Positions 1-12,700 of a DNA stretch of 64,000 nucleotides are shown piece by piece (positions within the stretch are counted from its first letter, which is position 1; every line of letters starts with the position of its first letter). Origin of the DNA: Pecten maximus (taxonomy: Eukaryota); NCBI RefSeq assembly GCF_902652985.1, contig NC_047023.1, positions 32,488,001-32,552,000 of the forward strand. Reading direction: 5' to 3'. The notes beneath the pieces are model-generated. The model was not told the origin of the DNA. It saw nothing but the letters and a program-made list of their open reading frames with translations, and did not search any database. A program made the position numbers and the translations under genes.

Positions 1-639
1 CAATTTCTGTATTATTTTACATCGGATATATCCAACATTTTGATTTTCTCGAGATCGTAGCCAATTTTGGCACAATGTACAGTATTATAGTGAGTTTTGT
101 GTTATATGGATGCATCAAGCATGGAGAAAGACTCGATTGATAGGCGATTGTGACTGTAGATAATACATGTAGATAAATTCATCCTTATTTGCAAACAAAC
201 CCAGGATCGCCTGATAACCATCAAACCCCAGCCTAATGTATCTGATCCTCGGTCTCTGTAAGCGTATTTGTTTCATGGCCTCCTTGATACCTACACAGTA
301 CCAAAGTTTCCAAAGACGAAATACTGGCTACAACTTACAGATAACTGGCTGAAGATAAGGACACGGGTTTAGGTTTTATTGACTTTCTAAGCATAGCTCG
401 GCTTACTGTACAACCAAGTCGTAACACCTCCTCCTTATCATCCCTATAACTATTAAATCAGGCTTACACTCGTATAGTTATACTGTTTATCCGGAAATGA
501 TCATGTTGAATGTGGTTTTAAGAACTCCACAGAAATTTTTCATCAGTAGTGAAAATACGCTGCTGAAAAAATATAATTGAAAATTTCATTTCCACACTGT
601 GACCTTCTTTTCTCTATTTCTTGAAGAACAATACTTATG

Positions 640-1206
640 TCAATTTGAAATGATCAGGTTTTTAGTTCATTATGTTGAGTTTGGTGTCACATCTTTCGGA
701 ACAGTCGATGTCCCTTTCCTGGCTGACATGTTCCATGACGGGTAGCAAAATAACTCGCCAGGTACATTGTACTTCGATTTCACTTTCAGATACATTTTGT
801 ATATTAATGATGTGCTTTCATAAGATAACAAGACAATTATTGATCATGCATCGGATATGCCCTCAGGAACTTGAAATCAAGCACTCTGCATACAGACTGT
901 TAACATCAGCCGCCAACATCGATCTTTACTTGTAACCAACAGGGACGTTTAACTACTGTGTAATAAATGTAAAGAGTTCATGATTCCTCAATGTCTGGTT
1001 CGCCTCTAAACACATCCTAGCTTGACTTGTTCACTAGTGCACGACTTAATAAAAGCTAACCCTGTTCTTAAGTTGAGAGCGTGGCATTACTTACGTTTTA
1101 CCAAGGTTTACATGGTGGGGCCGTCGCTTATTCAAAAGACGCTTACCGATACGGTACATACAATTTCAAACCATTGAAAATCGACATCTACAATATTGAT
1201 GTCGTT

Positions 1207-1238
<32 letters not shown>

Positions 1239-1800
1239 TTACATCTATCGTTACTCACTGCATGTGATAGAAATGTGGAAACCTTTGGAAATGAGTGTTG
1301 GAAAGTTGCATTCTTGACGCCTGCTGTTTGAGAACAGGAAAGGGATGTACAGTATATAAACCAAATCTGCACAATTGAAACATCCGGGATCTACATATTA
1401 TTTCTACATGCTCCCTACCTCTTCCTTCGTAATACCCATGTCCACGGACATGATATTGATTACTCGATATGCAGGTTGATGAGGATCATGGGAAGTTCAA
1501 TTATCTTATTTTTAGATATTCCTTGTGCGATATCAAGTCAGATGTGTTTGGTGTTTGTCGAAGTTGGTAGTGGTTCCGTTGTCACCACATAACTTCAAGT
1601 CCTCCTTTTGAGAATGTAACTTGACCTAGATTTGACCTAGATTTGTATGGTGAGTCGCGCCTCTGAAGCAGAAGACGCTATGCACTATCGACACCTGGTC
1701 TTATTCCCTTCGGAAGTCTCCATACAAATCTATACTATTGTTCATATTTTGCCTTCGCTTTATTGATTTTGAGCTAGAATTACGGTTTCGTTATTGTATC
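640..1800 (+). mobile_element. Degraded Penelope-like retroelement fragments (RT core and downstream region)
   Basis: ORF 672-935 ends in HRICPQELEIKHS..TSAANIDLYL, resembling the Penelope RT motif IYPxELEIKxT...SASYLDL. A broken FRYI..DDVLS motif precedes it (~784-820). Many stops and frameshifts; boundaries approximate. Confidence 0.5.
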
Positions 1801-3504
1801 GGTATTCTCGTTTCAGAATTACCAAGCTCGTAAGATAGGCAAAATGTTGAAAACGCGATATTATACATGGCGAAGAGATAAACTGATCTTCACGGTGAGT
1901 TGATGAAGATTAATTGTACAAAAACGATGTTTGAAATATGTATCAGATATAGGCCATATTGTATGTTTCGTACGCATGCCTCAATATCGAATTTGTTACA
2001 TTTGTATATTTTTTTTTATATTTCCTGGTTGAGATTAACTAATCGTGTTTTGTTTATAGTGATAAATTACTTATCTTTCAGGAGAATTAATCAGTGTCAT
2101 TTAGAGTTTACTTAACCATAAATCATATTTCCGACTTGTTTTGTCATTACTTTATTTCCAAGGGCTATGCGTCTGTTTTCGGAAGCTGGGATATATATAG
2201 GCCTAGATGATGGATGCAGTATGATGGATGATGGCTGTCCAGTAAACTCCACCCAACAATAAATCCGCTGGCCAGCTCCACAAGGATCAAGCCCGTTATT
2301 GCCTCCTCCATGTCAGAATATCGACTGACCAATCTAAAATAAATGATTGATTTACGGGGCACGACTTCCGGTAGTCACATCCAAGATGTTGCCTAGCCAC
2401 TCAATATTATAATCACTTAATCTATTGTATATGCTACAATGAACATTTCTAAACACGAGTGCTTCTTATGTCATAACTTCAAAAAAAACTTTCCTCACTG
2501 AATTATATATTTTCGGGATATTACCAAAAATGAGCCGGTAGATGAAATACAGACCAATAAGAATCCCTTGTAACCCATTTCTTATAAGAGTTAAAATTGT
2601 GTAAAACTTTAATGTTCGTAGCGAAAGAGTTATATAAGTACGTGTGCAATTCAATATACATGTTCAAAATGCATAGCGCCATCTGCTGTCCGTTATCTTT
2701 TACAGTGTGATCTCATTTCTTTTCTTTTTCTGCACTGTTTAAGATACTTAAGTAGAGTTATTAAATGCTGACTAGCATTAGGTCATTGCCGAGTTTTGCA
2801 CATGTATAATTGTATCAGGAAAAGGACATTGATAATTTGTGATAACTTGCATCCAGTCCTTTTGTGTATTGTTTATGCAATAAAATTGATATAATTACAT
2901 TTGTCTGGCATTGTCACTATATAGTCTGTTTGAGAGCTCTGGCGTTGATGTACTTTTAAATGCCACCCATCACGCGCTACATTTATCAGCGTATTAATAC
3001 AACACAAACCGAAACTACAATATCCAGGATGATTAAGTTTAACAACTAATTATTTTGTCTACATTATTTATGAAAAATATGCCATTTGCGCATTACGTTG
3101 ATAATAAAATGATTAACAAAATTGAGGTTTTTAAAAAAAAAATTAATTTCCATGTTCTATTTTGTTTGCCAAAAAACACGCGACCATGTTCCGGCTGTTC
3201 CAACGACTGACAAAAAATCTTCTAACTGTCGATAAGGCGGGAATTATGAATTTTAGATATGAATTATAGCATTTAAAAATCAAAAAAAGTAAAATGAATG
3301 TAAATATAAGCGTTGAACTACAGTTCAATGCTTAAATAAATTCAATTTAAAAAAAAAAAAGATTTTAAAGAGGCGAATCAATTTGGGAGCTTATGTTGTT
3401 TTTTTTTCTGTTTTTTTTTCTGCTTTTTTTTTTTTTTCGTTTTTTGGGTTTTTTGGGGGTTTTTTCACAACCTTATCTTCATAATGTATCCATTAACACT
3501 GCCT

Positions 3505-3825
3505 CACTTTTGGCCTTTGGGTTCGCTCCTGTGAGGGAGGTTCTGGGTTTTGTCCCCTGGACATTATATACCAGAGTTAACAAAAAACCATAGTTGCTAT
3601 TCCTGCTTATAGTTCAGCACATAGGGATTGGGACCACCCCGTTGTCAGTATTATGTAGGCGCCTGCTTCGTCAGTGTGCATTAGTTAGGTAACACGACAA
3701 AGTCGACACCAGTTCCGCATCATCACAAGGAGGCAAAAAACAATATTACACTTAATTCGCAGGGAGGCCATCCTTAAACGATCATTAATTGCTGTTGATA
3801 AGACGTTTAACATATTAAAAACACA
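3505..3825 (+). mobile_element. tRNA-derived SINE, Meta-domain-like
   Basis: Degenerate Pol III head, central tagttgctattcctgcttatagttcagcac block, and a gctgttgataagacgtttaac + A-rich tail. Resembles molluscan Meta-SINEs; recognised from memory, not searched. Confidence 0.5.
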
Positions 3826-4398
3826 AATTTCTAAAATAAATTGTATCTAAATATCAAAGTTCAATGTTTAACATTATGCTCCACACCACTCTGACCTCTG
3901 CTGTGTTGGAAATTCAAAGTACGTTTATTACAAAGCTTTCGTGTAGTCACTTATATCGTGCCGATTTAACATAATTACGCTGTTCTGCTTGGAGACATAC
4001 AGGAATATAATGGAATACGCCAATTCTATAATGTCAGTAAGGCTGCTGCCACTGTAGGCAATCAGTCCCTTTGTAAACGTTGATTAGATGCATCAGCTGT
4101 TCTTGGCTGGTGGCGTCTTGTAATTCGAAATTGGCTTAAACCTGAATTCAATCAATATTGCTTTAAAAGCTAAATAATGTTTTATACTAAATTTTGATTC
4201 CCAATGAAATATATCAAATTGTTCAGATTTAATTCGTCAGTAGAATTAGTCTGCCTGTCGGAGGTAGAAATGGCCTCTTTGCATGTCTAAAACGGCACGT
4301 GATGCAGTGGAGCTGTTTTTAAGCTTCCCGTATGAGAAGGGAGACAACCTCAACATATCGTTCTACTTGATTCAGTACGACTTAAAGGATTATATATA

Positions 4399-4868
4399 TG
4401 TAACAGAGCGCATGATCAATTAAATTTAAATCACTGCCTCCGCTAGGGATCGAACCCGGGACCTCTGGCTTACTAGTCCTACGCTCAACCGATCGAGCTA
4501 AAGAGAAGATCTCTCTAGCCGAGCGGTATATTGCGGCTAGTATTTACCAGGGTTACATACTCCCCCTCCAGGAAAGAACTCGTCCTCGAGTTTCCAGGGG
4601 TAACAGCGATGCTTTCACAAGCAGCGATGAGTATCATTCCCGAGTCCCTACATGGGCGCCAATGTAACAGAGCACATGATCAATTAAATTTAAATCACTG
4701 CCTCCGCTAGGGATCGAACCCAGGGACCTCTGGCTTACTAGTCTTACGCTCAACCGATCGAGCTAAAGAGAAGATCTCTCTAGCCGAGCGGTATATTGCG
4801 GCTAGTATTTACCTGGGTTACATACTCCCCCTCCAGGAAAGAACTCGTCCTCGAGTTTCCAGGAGTAA
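4399..4868 (-). mobile_element. Tandem TRIM (mini LTR retrotransposon) with tRNA-containing LTRs, Helenus-type
   Basis: Two near-identical 159/160-bp LTRs (4399-4557, 4663-4822) bounded by TGTAAC...GTTACA. The 105-bp internal region has a minus-strand PBS TGGCGCCCATGTAGGGACTCG (4641-4661, tRNA-Lys-like) and PPT GGAGGGGGAGTA (4558-4569). A second PPT plus partial internal region lies at 4823-4868. Each LTR holds a tRNA-like segment with A box TAGCTCGATCGG and B box GGTTCGATCC. Confidence 0.88.
4435..4507 (-). pseudogene. tRNA-Thr-derived sequence inside the TRIM LTR (also ~4699-4772 on - and 8508-8580 on +)
   Basis: TCTCTTTAGCTCGATCGGTTGAGCGTAGGACTAGTAAGCCAGAGGTCCCGGGTTCGATCCCTAGCGGAGGCA. A/B boxes intact and AGT in the anticodon position, but the acceptor and anticodon stems mispair. 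Confidence 0.75.
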
Positions 4869-4869
4869 A

Positions 4870-7800
4870 CTATATTTACAGGAGAGGGGGAACGTAGTGA
4901 TACCACCAAACCGACAGGTTGACATTAGCTGCCGTGTTGATAAGGAGATGCCTTATCCTGAGGTGTGTGCAGTGATACACGCCGCACCCAACTCAGTCCT
5001 TACAGATGATTTGGATATCTCTCCAGGGGTATTCACATACAAGTACAGGAGAAATGGAGTCGTTAACGTCAGCATTATTATCCAATATCACGACCCGGAC
5101 AGTCGTTGTGCCACCGCGCGCATTAGTTTGCCAGCTGCAACCTGTTACCGTGTGCAGTTTGTTGACCCCAAAGGACGCGGATAGAGAAGGGAGCCAAACA
5201 CCAGATGTACTGGAGCAATTTACTTTCTCTCCGATCCTGGATGACGCTTACCTACGCCAATGCAAGGAGGTAATCGGGGAATACCTAGATGTTTCTCTCA
5301 AGGAGAATTGGACTTGGGGCACACCAAGGCATTTAAACACCGTATAGAGTTAGACGATGACCGCCCTTTCAAACAGCGCCATCGAAGGATACCACCTGGG
5401 ATGGTACAGGAGGTTAGGGACCACCTCTAACAGCTTTTAGCTTGCGGGGTTATCAGAAAGTCGTACTCCCCTTGGGCGTCCGGAGTGGTGTTGGCACGCA
5501 AGAAGGATGGGAAGCTGCGGATGTGCATTGATTACCGGCAATTGAACAATAGGACTATTAAGGACTCGTACGCCCTACCACGGATTGAGGAAATCCTGGA
5601 CTCCTTGTCCGGTGCCAGGTACTTCTCCGTGCTCGATATGAAGAGCGGGTACCATCAAGTTGAAGTCGAGGAAGAACACAAAGAGAGAACCGCCTTTACC
5701 GTTGGACCCCTAGGGTTATACGAGTACAATAGGTTGCCGTTGGGGTTAGCCAACGCACCCGCAACGTATCAACGGTTAATGGAACAGTGTCTGGGGGAAC
5801 TTCATATGGTCGACTGCTTCATATATTTAGATGACGTAATAATTTTTGCGAAGACTTTTGAAGAACACATGGAGAAGCTGACCAGAGTGTTGGATAGGCT
5901 ACGTCTTCACGGGATTAAGCTATCACCGAAGAAATGCAACTTCTTCCAGCAGCGGGTGAAATATCTCGGTTTTATTGTGAGCGAGAAGGGGATAGAGGCT
6001 GACCCTGAGAAAATTTCTAAGGTGACATCGTGGAAAACACCAACCTGTCCGGAGGATGTACGCCGCTTTTTAGGGTTCGCAGGGTAATATCGAAAATTCA
6101 TCAAGGATTTCGCGAAGATCGCCAGACCTCTTACTGACCTTATGCCCGCCCCAAAGAAAGCTAAAAAGGGGGCCGATAAGAAGACTTGGGACTGGGGAGA
6201 GAAACAGGAGATTGCTTTTACCCTGCTTAAAGACGCCCTTTCTTCACCACCAGTACTGGCTTATCCTGATTATAGGAAACCTTTTGAGCTTCGTACCGAC
6301 ACAAGTCAACAGGGGCTTGGTGCCGTTTTGTATCAACAACATGAAGATGGACACAAGGTCCTTGCCTACGCCAGCAGGGGTTTGTCTCACTCAGAGAGGA
6401 ATTATCCAGCCCATAAACTGGAGTTCCTGGCACTGAAGTGGGCGGTAACGGAGAAATTTCGTGATTACTTGTATCAACATAAGTTCACGGTACTTACAGA
6501 CAACAATCCCTTGACCTACGTACTAACCAGTGCTACATTGGATGCCACCGGACATAGATGGTTGGCAGCCCTGTCGGCGTACGATTTCACCATCAGGTAC
6601 AGGCCTGGGAAGTCCAACATCGATGCCGATATCCTGTCAAGGCTACCCACAAAGGAGGAATTTTAGCGGTTATCTGTACCGAGGGAGTCCGTGGTAGCTG
6701 TATGCCAGATGACGCAGGCACAGCCCCACGCCAACAGTTTGCAGCTGAACGCTACTACTCCGGCGCCTGTCACGCCCGATCTGGATGACATAATTCAACA
6801 AGATTTGAAGACTGCCCAGGAAAGGGATCCAGTATTGGGACCATGTCTGGAGGTCATATCCAGTGGCCGTAAGCCCACGAAGGAGACCATGCCTTTTGCA
6901 GCTTGGGACCCGCAACTATACCGTCAGTATAGTTAGTTGAAAGTCGAGCAGGGAATCTTGTACAGAGAGGTTAAAAGTGACGAGGGACAGAAGAAACAAC
7001 TGGTTCTACCACGTGAGTTAGTCAACTTCGTCCTCCACAGCTTGCACAACCAGATGGGACATCTTGGGATTAGCCGTACCACCTCGCTATGCAGAGATAG
7101 ATTCTACTGGCCGTCCATGAGGGTTGATATCGAGCAATGGGTCGCCAGGTTGTCCAAGATGTCTTCGAAGGAAAACTCCTACCAACGAGCGAGCCCCTAT
7201 GGTATCCATATCAACTACCCAACCTTTGGAACTAGTCAGTATGGATTTCCTGACATTGGAACCATCAAAAGGGAATTACCAGCACATCTTAGTGATGACA
7301 GACCACTTCACCAGGTATGCTGTAGCGGTGCCGACTAAGAATCAAACATCCAAAACCACAGCCGATGCCTTCTTCAATCACTTTATTGTCCATTATGGGA
7401 TGCTGCAAAGGATACACTCCGATCAGGGTGCTACCTTCCAGAGTAACCTCATGCAGGAATTGTACAAGCTTGCTGGGATCGACCAATCGAGGACCACCCC
7501 GTACCACCCTCAAGGGAATGGCCAATGCGAGCGATTTAATAGAACTCTGTTGAGCATGCTCGGTACCCCGGAGAAGGATCAGAAGAAAGACTGGAAGGCG
7601 TACGTCGCATCACTAGTGCATGCCTACAATGCCACCAGGAACGACGTCACAGGGTTTTCACCCTTCTACCTGATGTTCGGGAGGGAGCCCCGCCTACCCA
7701 TAGATCTGTCCTTTAACATCGGGAGGGATATCGGAGAATCAGTCTCCTCCACCAAGTATGTTGAAGATCTGAGGAAGAGGCTCCATTCATCGTACGATAT

Positions 7801-8442
7801 AGCCATATCCAACATCACTCCAGCGCAACAACGTCAGAAGGGTGGTTATGACCGCCGGGTGCGTGGAGCGTGTCTCAGCATTGGAGATCGCGTCTTCGTG
7901 AAAATTGTAGCTTTTGAGGGCAAGCACAAGCTAGCCGATAAATGGGAGGAGGAGGTGTATACTGTGCTCGAACAGCCAAATGCGGATATGCCAGTCTATG
8001 TGGTGAGGAAGGAGAATGGGGAAGGCAGGAAAAGGACACTTCACCGGAACCTCCTTTTACCCGTGGGATTCCTTGACAGCTCTTCTAAGCCCGACAACGT
8101 GACACAACCGAAACCGAAGCCAAGACCGGTACCCAAACCCCGTCTCAGGCGCCAGCTTCCACCGCCACAGAGCCCATCTGTGGATGACCGGACTGAGAGC
8201 GAGGCCAGTGATAGCGACGGAGAAGGTGGTTACTGGGTGACGGTACCTCCAATGATACAGGATCAACCCGACACTCCTGAGAGTGTTGATGAAGGGGATG
8301 CTGAGGATACCGACCGCGAGTCGACAACGGTCGGAACCAATGTAGGATCTGAAGCCGACGAAATTGGAGTCGAGGCTGAAGAATCTGAAGCCAGTGGAGG
8401 GGAGGTGGACGACCATCGGACCGCAGTTCAAGATGACCAGTC
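4870..8442 (+). mobile_element. Decayed Ty3/Gypsy pol fragment (PR-RT linker, RT, RNase H, integrase)
   Basis: RT motifs LRMCIDYRQLN and YLDD (5824-5835). RNase H TDTS...LEFLALKWAV...TDNNPL. Integrase H-H-C-C zinc finger and MDF...HSDQG...CERFNRTL. In-frame stops at 5428, 6085, 6664 and 6934; frameshifts near 5075, 5300 and 7145. gag/protease and the 3' LTR are missing. Confidence 0.95.
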
Positions 8443-8468
8443 AAGGAACCCGATAAAACCCTCATACC

Positions 8469-8616
8469 TAAATACTAGCCGCAATATACCGCTCGGCTAG
8501 AGAGATCTTCTCTTTAGCTCGATCGGTTGAACGTAAGACTAGTAAGCCAGAGGTCCCGGGTTCGATCCCTAGCGGAGGCAGTGATTTAAATTTAATTTAT
8601 CATGCGCTCTGTTACA
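8469..8616 (+). mobile_element. Third TRIM LTR copy, inverted relative to 4399-4868 and slightly 5'-truncated
   Basis: Reverse complement of the 4399-4557 LTR with only a few substitutions. It ends in GTTACA at 8616 and lacks the first ~11 nt. Confidence 0.9.
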
Positions 8617-9437
8617 TGGGCGCCAATGTGAAGGTATGAGGGTTTTATCGGGTTCCTTCCGTCATCCAAATTGCCAAGACCCAACACATTGTCAGAGTTT
8701 CAATACTTTATTTGGTATTGTGGAGTTTCTGGGGTAGAATAAATCCCCTGTAATAAGACATGGATAAAACTAATAAAACATTATACAAACGAATGCACCA
8801 CACATCTTAGCAGCAAGAACTAACAACAACACGTTCTGACCCGGGACGGAAATAAAGATAATTAGACTGGATAATATAAATTAGATATGATACTCCAATA
8901 ATTTATAGGATATAAGCAATAATCATAAAGCTAAAACTATTCACTCATCCTGCATGTGGTGCTGGGGGACCCAGTATAAAATATATAGTAATTATGTATC
9001 ATGTACCTGTCAGATGTGGTTCGCTCCACGGCCAGCTGAGAAGTGCCGGGAGAGAGCAGAAAGGAAAGAAAGAAGGAAAGAGCGCGGGAAAACAAAGCGA
9101 GTCCCACGAGCTGTCCGTGGTCAGTCATGATTAGTCGAGTACAGTCAACACATGATGGACAAACACAATACACCACGTCACACACGTATACAAAGGTAAA
9201 AACGAAGGTACATCAGGTGATCACAAATACACCGAAACGGATCACGGATTGGTTTACGGATCGGATCGCGGATTCACGGAATACGTATATGCTACATACC
9301 GGGGGGGTATACACATAACAAGCTTAGATAAAACTGGCAACAATTTAATATCAGAAACAATAAAACGAGGAATATATATATGATACAAAAAATCTACATG
9401 GATATCATCGAAACATTATAATACACATGTGTCCGTC
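8617..9437 (-). mobile_element. Gypsy-type 5' LTR followed by PBS (distal boundary uncertain)
   Basis: The minus strand reads AATAAA ...~80 nt... CCTTCACA|TTGGCGCCCA, i.e. an LTR end (CA, 8627) abutting a tRNA-Lys PBS (8617-8626). The TG start of the LTR could not be fixed. Confidence 0.65.
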
Positions 9438-9795
9438 AAGAGTCGACATAGTTTAAACATATTTTTATTGAAAAATTCAATAGGAATTGGACACAAGTTA
9501 TTCAACTTATATATCGTCCTTTTCCATATACAAGTATGAGATGATATATACAATGGCAGCAATTACATATGTATAATGAATGATGATAACATGTATACGT
9601 ATATATAAAAGAAACACAACATTAATTATTATAGGTGACAAGAAATAATACACTTGACATACCAGTACCCATAATTTATATAGAAAGTAAGCTTTCCATT
9701 ACATGGCGTTTTGTATACATATTATTAGATATATACTATAATTATATAGCTGAAGATATAAATACACTGTACTATAAGTCATGAAAATTAAACCA

Positions 9796-12700
9796 CTACA
9801 GAAAACGTTCAGTATTTTTTATGTATTCTTGGACTATTAAACGTATATTTTCTTTTTCTTTTTCGCTTAGGTCATCAGATCCATTAAGTATCAACTTCAA
9901 ATCAATGTTAACATTGTGTACTGATAATTTTCTCAAAAGAATTGCACGGTGGTTATTAAATTGATTACACTCGAAAAAGTAATGAAATGCGTTTTCAACA
10001 GGAAAGGAACAATTGCAAAATTGATACAGAATTATATTAACTTTATAGAGGTCACCATTTAATGCACTACAACCATGTCGGAGTCTTGTATGTATAACAT
10101 CAAGTTTTCTGTTTCCTATGGTCAGTCTAGTTACAGGTTTTTTCGGTTTAATGTTTTGTTTAAATTTTGACACAGTTTCTGAAGACCGTATTGAAATGTC
10201 TAAAGGATTCCAAAATTTCACAGTACTAGGAAGGAATGATTTTTCAAATAATGTAAGGCGACATCTAGGTGGTATATAATTTTGATTATTTCTTAAGTTA
10301 TAATTAATATTTTCGTTAACTCTGTTTGGCAAAATGTCATTTAAGTAAGACGGAGTCAAATTATGGTGCATTTTACAAAATAATAACAATTTCTTTTGTT
10401 TCCGTCTTTCAGATAGTGGTTCCCACCCAGTTTCTAAGTATAGAGATTGCCGACTTGCTAAAGAAGTTAAACCTGTAACTATTCTTGCCGCTTCTAATTG
10501 AATTTTCTCTATTTTTTCCGAATCTGTATTGTTACATCCATCCCATACTTCACTCGCATATTCCAAAAAAGGTCTGATGAATACAATATATAATTTCGAT
10601 AATGTTTCCTTATTTAAAGTAAATTTCAATTTGCGTAGAACCGATAGATGTCGCGAAGCCGAAATAGTGATATTTGAAATATGTTTCTCCCATTTTCCGT
10701 TTTCATTCAATGTTACTCCCAAATGTTTATGGGTGCTACTGGTGGTCAAAACTGTGTTATCAAATTGTAAATTAACATCAATTTGGTCAAGAGAACCATT
10801 AAACATTACAACATCTGTTTTTCTTGGATTAAAATTAACTTTCCACAGCCTTGACCACTCTTCAATAACCAATAAATCGTGAGTTATGTGATGTTCTATT
10901 TCTATTTGATTATTTGCTGAATATGCGAGGGAGGTATCGTCAGCAAACATTCTCGATAAAGATAGCAAATTATCAGAAATATCGTTAATAAATATCAAAA
11001 ATAAAAATGGTCCAAGGACAGAGCCTTGTGGAACACCAGCTTTCAGATAACCCATATAAGAATTACTGTCACCTAAAACAACAAATTGATTTCTATCAGT
11101 TATGTAATCCTGTATCCATTTATAGATTTTGCCCTTGAAGCCATATGAGTTAAGTTTTTTTAGAAGACCTTGATGCCATACTCTATCAAATGCTTTGGAT
11201 ATATCGAAAAATACCATACATGTTTGTAATTTATTTTCTAATGAGAGACAAATATTATGGTAAATCTCAATCAGTTGAGACACAGTAGAATGACAAGGAA
11301 GAAAACCAGACTGATATTTATAAAAAAAAGATTGTTTTCAGTTACAAAATTATGTAAGTGTTTATACACCACTCTTTCGAAAACTTTACTAACAGTACTA
11401 AGAAGAGAGATCGGTCTATAGTTAGAGCATAGGAAACGTTCACCCTTTTTAAATAAGGGTATTACCATGGCAGTTTTCCATTGACTAGGAAACTTACACT
11501 GACTTAATGATAAATTAAAAAGTAATTGTAAAGGAACACAAACAGTTTCAGCAGTATTTTTTAACATTTCGTGACTAATAGTGTCTTTACCAGTTGCTTT
11601 GTTAAGTTTAAGAGTTAAAAGTATATCCTTTACTGCGTTAATAGATAGAGCGATAGTCTCAATAGTATTAGGACATCTCGGTGTAAATTCAGGAGTATTA
11701 AGTGGTTCATCAGTAATTTCAGATATTGAACAGAAAAATGAATTAAGCAAATCAGCTTTTTGTTTGTTATCATAAAGTAATTCACCTTTTATACCATCAT
11801 ATAAAGAAGGAATGGATTCTGATTTAACGGGTTTTCCAATGAGACGATGCATAAATTTCCAATAAGATTTTGAATCATGTTCACCGAGATTGTCGATAAT
11901 ACCATTTATATTTTCGAAAAACGATAACTTAGCAACCTTTTTCATGTTATTAACCCGATTTCGTTGATGTTTAAAACTTATCAAATCACCTGAACGATTA
12001 GATCGACGGGCTTTTTTTTTATGTAATCTATCCCTTTTTCTGATTTCTTTACGTAATTCTGAATTAAACCATGGCTTGTCATTTTTTCTAATTGTTACTG
12101 TTTTCTTCGGTATACAAATATTCGCGAATTCTAGAAAAGTGTTAGTAAAAAGTTCACATGCCTCGTCTATGGGACAATTTTCCAGGCGTTCTTGCCACGG
12201 AAAGTCTCTAATAAATTTATTAAACTTTGCATAGTCTGCATCTTTATACATCCATACATCACGCTTATAGGTGTTAGTATTTTTCCGTGGTAGTTTGATA
12301 ACAACATGTGTAGCCGAATGGTCGCTTATTTCATTTTCTACAGGAATAACAGAAGTTTCAATAACATTTATAGTATCACTTACAAGGATAGGGTCAATGA
12401 GTGTGCTAGAACGGGCAGTTACACGAGTAGGTTCTTGTATTACGTTTGATAAATTAAAAGGAAGAATTATTTCATTAAATCTATGATTTCGAACTCTGAG
12501 CAAGTCAATATTAATGTCGCCAAATATAATAATATTAGAACTAATACTTAAAGCATTCTCTATAGAAGATTGAAAATTATCCCAAAAGGGAACATGGGAT
12601 CCTTCAGGACGATAAACAGTACAAATGAGGTAAGAACTGTTAGCAAAATTTAATTCAACCCAAATTACTTCACCACCATCAAATTCCAATTCACGCCTAC

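Noticed and set aside
2469-2981. Possible solo LTR (TGT...AATAAA...GCTACA)
   Set aside because: The left boundary and TSD could not be established.
4435-8580. Three tRNA-Thr(AGT) genes
   Set aside because: The acceptor and anticodon stems do not pair, and all copies are embedded in TRIM LTRs.
4399-8616. DNA transposon or DIRS-like element with long inverted terminal repeats around pol
   Set aside because: The 'inverted repeats' are TRIM LTRs with their own PBS and PPT, and the pol has a DDE integrase rather than a tyrosine recombinase.
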